From a virus (Duplodnaviria; Caudoviricetes), in the IMG/VR virus record IMGVR_UViG_3300002490_000103, positions 1 through 41,514 of that record: a DNA stretch of 41,514 nucleotides. One strand, written 5' to 3'. Below are positions 36,417 through 41,514 of this stretch, in pieces (the first letter of the stretch is position 1; each line of letters begins with the position of its first letter). Both the position numbers and the translations under genes were made by a program. The notes beneath the pieces were generated by a model. The model saw only the letters and a list, made by a program, of their open reading frames with translations. It did no database searches and was not told the origin of the DNA.

Positions 36417-37222
36417 CCTACGCCAGCAGAGAAGTATCCACCGACGCCAGCAGTCCGGTCGAACTGTACGAGTTTCGCCGTGGCGGTTCTACGTGGCGCT
36501 ATACGAGCGGCGCGCAGGACGCGAGCTACGCCACCTATGCCTATGTGGCTGTGCCGATGAAGCGCGGCAGCATCGAGCAGACCGGCGAGATCGGGAGGTC
36601 CGGCCTGCGGATCACGCTGGCTCGTGATGTCGAGATTGCTCAGGCATTCATCGCAACACCGCCATCGGAGGTGACCTTGCTCACCATCTATCGCCAGCAC
36701 CGGAATGATCCAGAAACCGTCGCGGTGTGGATGGGACGCGTCTTGAACGTCGAATGGCGCGGTTCCGAGGTCGAGCTCAACTGTGAGCCGGTCTACACCA
36801 GCCTGCAGCGCACCGGCTTGCGCCGCCTCTACCAACGCAATTGCCCGCATGTGCTCTACGGCACGTCTTGCCAGGCCAGTGCGGTGATCTATCGCGTGCC
36901 AGGCATCGTGGTGTCCGTCGCCGGAGTCTTGCTGAGCGTGCCGTCTGCGGCCGGATACGCCACGGGTCATTTCGCTGGCGGTTTTGCCACGTGGGCGGCC
37001 AACGGCATCACCGAGAAACGAATGATCGTTGCCCACAACCTGGACGTCATCACGCTATCGGCCGTACCGCCCGGACTCGCCGTGGGCGACACGATCTACC
37101 TGTATCCCGGTTGCGACCGGACTCTCGCGACCTGTGCGGCCAAGTTTGGCAACAGCGCCAATTTCGGCGGCTTCCCATTCATCCCGACGAAGAACCCCTT
37201 CGGCGGCAGCCCCATTTACTGA
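36413..37222 (+). CDS. Phage BR0599/DUF2163-family tail hub protein
   Basis: CPHVLYG..C and PGCDRTLATCAAKFGNSANFGGFPFIP. Confidence 0.88.
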   Translation: MTYASREVSTDASSPVELYEFRRGGSTWRYTSGAQDASYATYAYVAVPMKRGSIEQTGEIGRSGLRITLARDVEIAQAFIATPPSEVTLLTIYRQHRNDPETVAVWMGRVLNVEWRGSEVELNCEPVYTSLQRTGLRRLYQRNCPHVLYGTSCQASAVIYRVPGIVVSVAGVLLSVPSAAGYATGHFAGGFATWAANGITEKRMIVAHNLDVITLSAVPPGLAVGDTIYLYPGCDRTLATCAAKFGNSANFGGFPFIPTKNPFGGSPIY

Positions 37223-37231
37223 GTAGACGGT

Positions 37232-37465
37232 ATGCCCTGGGCACAAATCATCGTCTGGATCGTCACCGCACTGATCCAGTACGCGCTCCAGCCAAAGCCG
37301 CCGCAACCCCAGGCTGCTGAACTCAAAGACTTCGATGCACCGACTGCCGATGAGGGTCGCCCGGTGCCGGTCGTGTTCGGCACTGTGCTGGTGAAGAGCG
37401 CCAACGTGGTGTGGTACGGCGATCTGCGCACCACACCGATTAAATCGAAAGGTGGAAAGAAATGA
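37232..37465 (+). CDS. Small tail assembly protein (77 aa)
   Basis: PTADEGRPVPVVFGT...NVVWYGD. Confidence 0.78.
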   Translation: MPWAQIIVWIVTALIQYALQPKPPQPQAAELKDFDAPTADEGRPVPVVFGTVLVKSANVVWYGDLRTTPIKSKGGKK

Positions 37466-37680
37466 CCGACATCCTGGTGACCCACAGCGACATGCGCAGC
37501 CTGGGTTACTGCAATCGCGGCGCGCGGGAGTGGTTCGCGCGGCACCAGCTCGACTGGAGCCAATTCATCGGACAGGGATTGCCTGCGCCACTGCTGTTGG
37601 CAACCGGGGACAGCATGGCCGAAGACGTGGTTGCCGCCGCCCGCGCACGTATTGGCCTCGAGGTGAACGATGGGCGGTAG
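37462..37680 (+). CDS. Small tail-associated protein (72 aa)
   Basis: YCNRGAREWFARHQLDW; overlaps both neighbours. Confidence 0.72.
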   Translation: MTDILVTHSDMRSLGYCNRGAREWFARHQLDWSQFIGQGLPAPLLLATGDSMAEDVVAAARARIGLEVNDGR

Positions 37681-39856
37681 CAGCAAGTCGCAGACGGTCG
37701 GCTACCGCTACTACCTGGGGATGCACCTGGCGATCTGTCACGGGCCGGTCGATGCCATCACCGAGATCCAGGTCGGCGAGCGCCAGGCATGGAGCGGCAA
37801 CCTCACCGCCAGTGGCCGGATCACCGTGAACATGCCCGAGCTGTTCGGTGGCGAAAAGCGCGAAGGCGGCATTTCCGGCGCCATCGATGCCGCGTTCGGC
37901 CAGGCGGCACAGACGCCGAATGATTACCTCGTGTCAAAGATCGGCTCCCCTCAACCTGCTTATCGCGGTGTGCTGAGCCTGATCCTGCGCCAGCTCTACA
38001 TCGCCGCCAACAATCCTTACATCAAGCCGTGGGCCGTCCGCGTCAAACGCTGCTTCCGCGACTGGTACTCAGCAAAGGCGGAGATCAACGGCGCGGCTAA
38101 CCCGGCGCACATCGTCTACGAATGCCTGACGAATGCCGCCTGGGGCATGGGATATCCAACAGCCAGCATCGATGATGCCTCGTTTCGTGCGGCGGCTGAT
38201 GTGCTGTCCAACGAAGGCTTCGGGCTCAACATGATCTGGCTGCAGCAGAGCAAGATCGAGCAGTTCGTCAAAGAGGTGATGGACCACATCGGCGGTGTGC
38301 TCACGACGTCACCGTCGACGGGGCGCTTCGTCCTGAAGCTGGTGCGGGCGGACTACACCGTAGCGACGCTCCCCATCCTGAACCCGGACAACGTCATCGA
38401 GCTGGAGAGCTTTCAGCGCGCTGCTTGGGGTGAGACGACCAACGAGATCGTGCTCATCTACACCAAGCCGGACACGTTCAAGGAGACCAGCATCGCGGTC
38501 CAGGATCTGGCCAATATCCAGGCTCAGGGCGCCGTGGTGTCGCAAACTCGCCGTTACCCCGGCATCACATCGGACAACCTCGCCGCCCGGGTCGCGATGC
38601 GCGATCTGGCCTCCGTATCCACGCCGCTCGCCAAGGTGCGGCTCAAGGTGAACCGCAAGGCCTGGAATTTGTACCCAGGCGATGTCTTCAAGCTGGAGTG
38701 GCCTGCGCTCGGGATCGCCGGTCTGGTGATGCGGATTGCCGGCGTCGATGGCGGGTCACTCACCAACGGCGCCATCAGCATCGACGCTGTCGAGGATGTG
38801 TTCGGCCTGCCGTCAGCGGTCTACACCGCATCCCAGCCCACCGGCTGGACCGACCCGGTGCCAGCGCCATCCGCGACCACACCACGGCGTCTGGTCGAAG
38901 CGCCGTACTGGGACGTGGCCCGCGCACTCTCTGCATCGGAGCTCGCCTACCTCGATGCCACCGACTGTTTCCTGCAGACCCTGGGCGGCCGCCCCGCGCC
39001 AGGGGCGCTGAACTACGACCTGTACAGCAAGACGAACTCGGCCACGACCTACAACCAGCGCGGCCAAGGCGAGTTCTGCCCCACGGCAGTTCTCGCCACC
39101 AGCCTTGCGCAAGAGGTAACGAGCACGACGACCTACAGCGGCGAGCTCGATATCGATCTGGTCGCTACGGGGTCTTATGCCTACATCAACGATGAAGTTG
39201 TCTTGGTCACCGCCGTCAACACGACCACCCAGAGCCTGACCCTGACCCGTGGCGTCATGGATACCGTGCCAGTCAGCCACGCAGCCGGCAGCCGGATTTG
39301 GTTCGCCGATGGCGCTCAGGGTGTCGATCCGACCGAGTATGCCGCTGGCGAAACGGTGAACGCGCGACTGCTCACCGTGACCGGAAAAGGCACGCTGGCG
39401 CTGGCATCGGCACCGACCGATTCCCTGGCCATGAACCGCCGGCAAAACCGGCCGTACCCGCCCGGCAATGTGAAGATCAACAACGTTGCCTACCCGGCGG
39501 TTGCCAAGGGTGACCTGGTCATCTCCTGGGCGCACCGGGACCGGCTGAGCCAGACGGTGAGCCTGGTGCCCCAGACCAACGGCAACATCGGCCCCGAAGC
39601 CAGCGTGACGTACACGCTGCGCATCTACGGGGAAGCGGGCAGCCTGCGCCGCACCTACTCCGGCCTAACCGGCGCCAGCCAGACCTACACCTTGGCAGAC
39701 GACACCGCTGATTCCGGCCTTGGCCGACCCAACGCCGCGCTGCGCATCGAACTCGAATCCAACCGCTCGGGCGTGATCAGCCTGCAGAAGCACTCGATCG
39801 CCTTCGAGCGTGCCGGCTACGGACTTCACTATGACAAGTACTACGGAGGCATCTGA
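37670..39856 (+). CDS. Tail tip/central fibre protein (host specificity)
   Basis: 728 aa; GYRYYLGMHLAICHGPVD, PAYRG, NPAHIVYECLT, RPYPPGN. Confidence 0.85.
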   Translation: MGGSSKSQTVGYRYYLGMHLAICHGPVDAITEIQVGERQAWSGNLTASGRITVNMPELFGGEKREGGISGAIDAAFGQAAQTPNDYLVSKIGSPQPAYRGVLSLILRQLYIAANNPYIKPWAVRVKRCFRDWYSAKAEINGAANPAHIVYECLTNAAWGMGYPTASIDDASFRAAADVLSNEGFGLNMIWLQQSKIEQFVKEVMDHIGGVLTTSPSTGRFVLKLVRADYTVATLPILNPDNVIELESFQRAAWGETTNEIVLIYTKPDTFKETSIAVQDLANIQAQGAVVSQTRRYPGITSDNLAARVAMRDLASVSTPLAKVRLKVNRKAWNLYPGDVFKLEWPALGIAGLVMRIAGVDGGSLTNGAISIDAVEDVFGLPSAVYTASQPTGWTDPVPAPSATTPRRLVEAPYWDVARALSASELAYLDATDCFLQTLGGRPAPGALNYDLYSKTNSATTYNQRGQGEFCPTAVLATSLAQEVTSTTTYSGELDIDLVATGSYAYINDEVVLVTAVNTTTQSLTLTRGVMDTVPVSHAAGSRIWFADGAQGVDPTEYAAGETVNARLLTVTGKGTLALASAPTDSLAMNRRQNRPYPPGNVKINNVAYPAVAKGDLVISWAHRDRLSQTVSLVPQTNGNIGPEASVTYTLRIYGEAGSLRRTYSGLTGASQTYTLADDTADSGLGRPNAALRIELESNRSGVISLQKHSIAFERAGYGLHYDKYYGGI

Positions 39857-40209
39857 TGCCCGCAATCACTGACCCGAACCTGGGACTCAACTACGGCTGG
39901 ACGCTCGGCGAAAGCGGCTGGGGCGCCGGCATGGATGCCAACCTGAAGCGGCTGGGCGCTGTCGTCAGCCTGTCGGTCAAAGACCGCGATCTGGCCACAC
40001 CACCTGCCAGCCCGGTTAACGGCGACCGTTACCTCATTCCCGCTGGCGCAACCGGCGTCTGGAGCGGCAAGACCGATCAGATCGCGGCGCGCATCGCGGG
40101 CGTCTGGGAATACCACATCCCTAAAGTCGGTTGGCTCTGCTTCATCGAGGACGAGGCAGTGCTCTCGGCCTACAAGGCCACCGGCTGGAGTCCCGGCATC
40201 GCCATCTGA
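39856..40209 (+). CDS. DUF2793-like tail-associated protein
   Basis: PPASPVNGDRYLIPAGATGVWSG....IA......W....P..GW. Confidence 0.8.
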   Translation: MPAITDPNLGLNYGWTLGESGWGAGMDANLKRLGAVVSLSVKDRDLATPPASPVNGDRYLIPAGATGVWSGKTDQIAARIAGVWEYHIPKVGWLCFIEDEAVLSAYKATGWSPGIAI

Positions 40210-40229
40210 TCGCTTTCCCCTGAACCCCG

Positions 40230-40260
40230 AAAACCCGCCCAAGTGGCGGGTTTTGCATTT
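40230..40260 (+). terminator. Intrinsic terminator-like hairpin between tail and lysis genes
   Basis: AAAACCCGCC-CAAGT-GGCGGGTTTT. Confidence 0.72.
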
Positions 40261-40274
40261 CTGGAGCCCGCCCT

Positions 40275-40574
40275 ATGACTGACCCACAAAAACCCGCACT
40301 GGTCGACAACATGCTCCTCCTGCGCAAGGAGGACTTCGAGGATCTTCTGGACCGCGCCGCTGAGCGCGGTGCCAGGCGCGCCCTGGCCGATGTTGGCTTG
40401 GACGGTGACGACGCCGCCCACGACATCCGAGAACTGCGCGGCCTGCTGGATGCCTTCAACACGGCCAAGCACACCGCCTGGCAAACCGTGATCAAGATGG
40501 TCACCACCGGATTCCTGCTCGCACTGGTGGCGGGCGCGCTGATCAAGTTGAAGGTATTCGGAGGTGGCCAATGA
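40275..40574 (+). CDS. DUF6127-like membrane protein (lysis cassette)
   Basis: AAERGARRALADVGL...DIRELRGLL; one C-terminal hydrophobic helix. Confidence 0.75.
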   Translation: MTDPQKPALVDNMLLLRKEDFEDLLDRAAERGARRALADVGLDGDDAAHDIRELRGLLDAFNTAKHTAWQTVIKMVTTGFLLALVAGALIKLKVFGGGQ

Positions 40575-41053
40575 TCGAGACTCTTCTCGGCGGCCTGCTC
40601 GGCGGCGCCTTTCGTCTGGCGCCCGAACTCCTCAAGTGGCTCGACCGCAAGGGCGAACGCGGCCACGAACTGTCGATGCAGGACAAGGCGCTGGAGTTCG
40701 AGAAACTGCGCGGCGCGCAGCGTATGGACGAAATCGGTGCCGGTACCGGTGCCGATGCGGCATGGAACGTGGGCGCGATCGAGACGCTGCGCGAAGCCGT
40801 TCGAACCCAGCGCGAGAAAACTGGCGTCCGCTGGGCCGATGCCCTGTCGAGCAGCGTCCGCCCAGTCATCACCTACTGGCTCATGGCGCTGTACTGCGCT
40901 GCCAAGACGGCCGCCTTCGTTGCTGCAACTGAAGGCGGTGCCGACTGGAGCGTCGCCATCATCCACGCATGGACCGAGGCCGATCAAGCGCTGTGGGCCG
41001 GGGTGCTGAACTTCTGGTTCCTCGGGCGCGTGTTCGATCGGGCGCGATCGTGA
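40571..41053 (+). CDS. Putative holin
   Basis: Hydrophobic segments, SSVRPVITY and FWFLGR motifs; precedes endolysin. Confidence 0.6.
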   Translation: MIETLLGGLLGGAFRLAPELLKWLDRKGERGHELSMQDKALEFEKLRGAQRMDEIGAGTGADAAWNVGAIETLREAVRTQREKTGVRWADALSSSVRPVITYWLMALYCAAKTAAFVAATEGGADWSVAIIHAWTEADQALWAGVLNFWFLGRVFDRARS

Positions 41054-41514
41054 TGGAAGTGCCGAAAACGGCCATCGAACTGGCCAAGCGCTTCGAGGGC
41101 TTCCACCGCGTGCCGAAAAACGATCCGGGCCGGGCTCACCCTTACATCTGCCCAGCGGGTTTCTGGACGATTGGCTACGGCCATCTGTGCGATGCGACAC
41201 ATCCGCCGATCAGCGAGGCCGAAGCCGAGGCCTATCTGGCCCGTGACCTGAACGCGGCGCTGGCCGCCACGCTGCGCCACTGCCCGGCGCTGGCCACCAA
41301 ACCCGAGGGGCGGCTGGCGGCCATCGTCGATTTCACCTTCAACCTCAGCGCGGGACGTCTTCAGACGTCGACGCTGCGGCGGCGGATCAACCAGCGAGAC
41401 TGGATCGTTGCGGGGCAGGAGCTGCGCCGATGGGTCTATGGCGGCGGCGGGATTCTGCCGGGATTGATCCTGCGCCGCGAAGCGGAGATCGCTCACCTGC
41501 TCCTTCGCGCGTAG
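41053..41514 (+). CDS. Endolysin, GH24 lysozyme
   Basis: KRFEG...YICPAGFWTIGYGH, FTFNL, RWVYGGG.ILPGLILRREAE. Confidence 0.92.
   Translation: MEVPKTAIELAKRFEGFHRVPKNDPGRAHPYICPAGFWTIGYGHLCDATHPPISEAEAEAYLARDLNAALAATLRHCPALATKPEGRLAAIVDFTFNLSAGRLQTSTLRRRINQRDWIVAGQELRRWVYGGGGILPGLILRREAEIAHLLLRA

Larger units (their letters stand above)
1..41514. mobile_element. Temperate siphovirus-like prophage (lambda-like head, serine integrase); boundaries lie outside the window
   Basis: Ordered integration, immunity, replication, packaging, head, tail and lysis modules with overlapping start/stop codons; no obvious gene disruptions. Confidence 0.96.

Noticed and set aside
6646-41200. Many long antisense or alternate-frame ORFs (e.g. 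6646-7767, 9316-10200, 26658-27797, 40142-41200)
   Set aside because: Expected shadows of GC-rich coding sequence; no recognisable motifs
37670-41514. Diversity-generating retroelement or invertible tail-fibre cassette
   Set aside because: No reverse transcriptase, template/variable repeat pair or invertase with inverted repeats seen
1-41514. attL/attR sites and spanin genes
   Set aside because: The window is cut at gene boundaries, so their absence cannot be interpreted

Overview
The window is an apparently intact GC-rich temperate siphovirus prophage, probably betaproteobacterial (inferred from the tmRNA type and tag). It is cut exactly at the recombinase stop (left) and endolysin stop (right), so att sites and spanins are not visible. 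Order: large serine recombinase and DUF2924-like gene; ImmA/IrrE-type protease plus XRE repressor divergent from two large unknown genes; replication/recombination block with a repeat-rich putative origin; a lambda-like cos site; two tandem ParB-fused DNA methyltransferases; a minus-strand island; lambda-like head genes; siphoviral tail with a -1 frameshift; lysis genes. The strongest unannotated signal is a complete circularly permuted (two-piece) tmRNA gene at about 17970-18251 (-) with its own sigma70 promoter and tag ANDERFAVAA. It lies downstream of three small genes that each carry a copy of a 31-bp motif 34-36 nt before the start codon; a fourth copy precedes the DUF2924/recombinase genes. 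Family names come from motif recognition and synteny, not from database searches.
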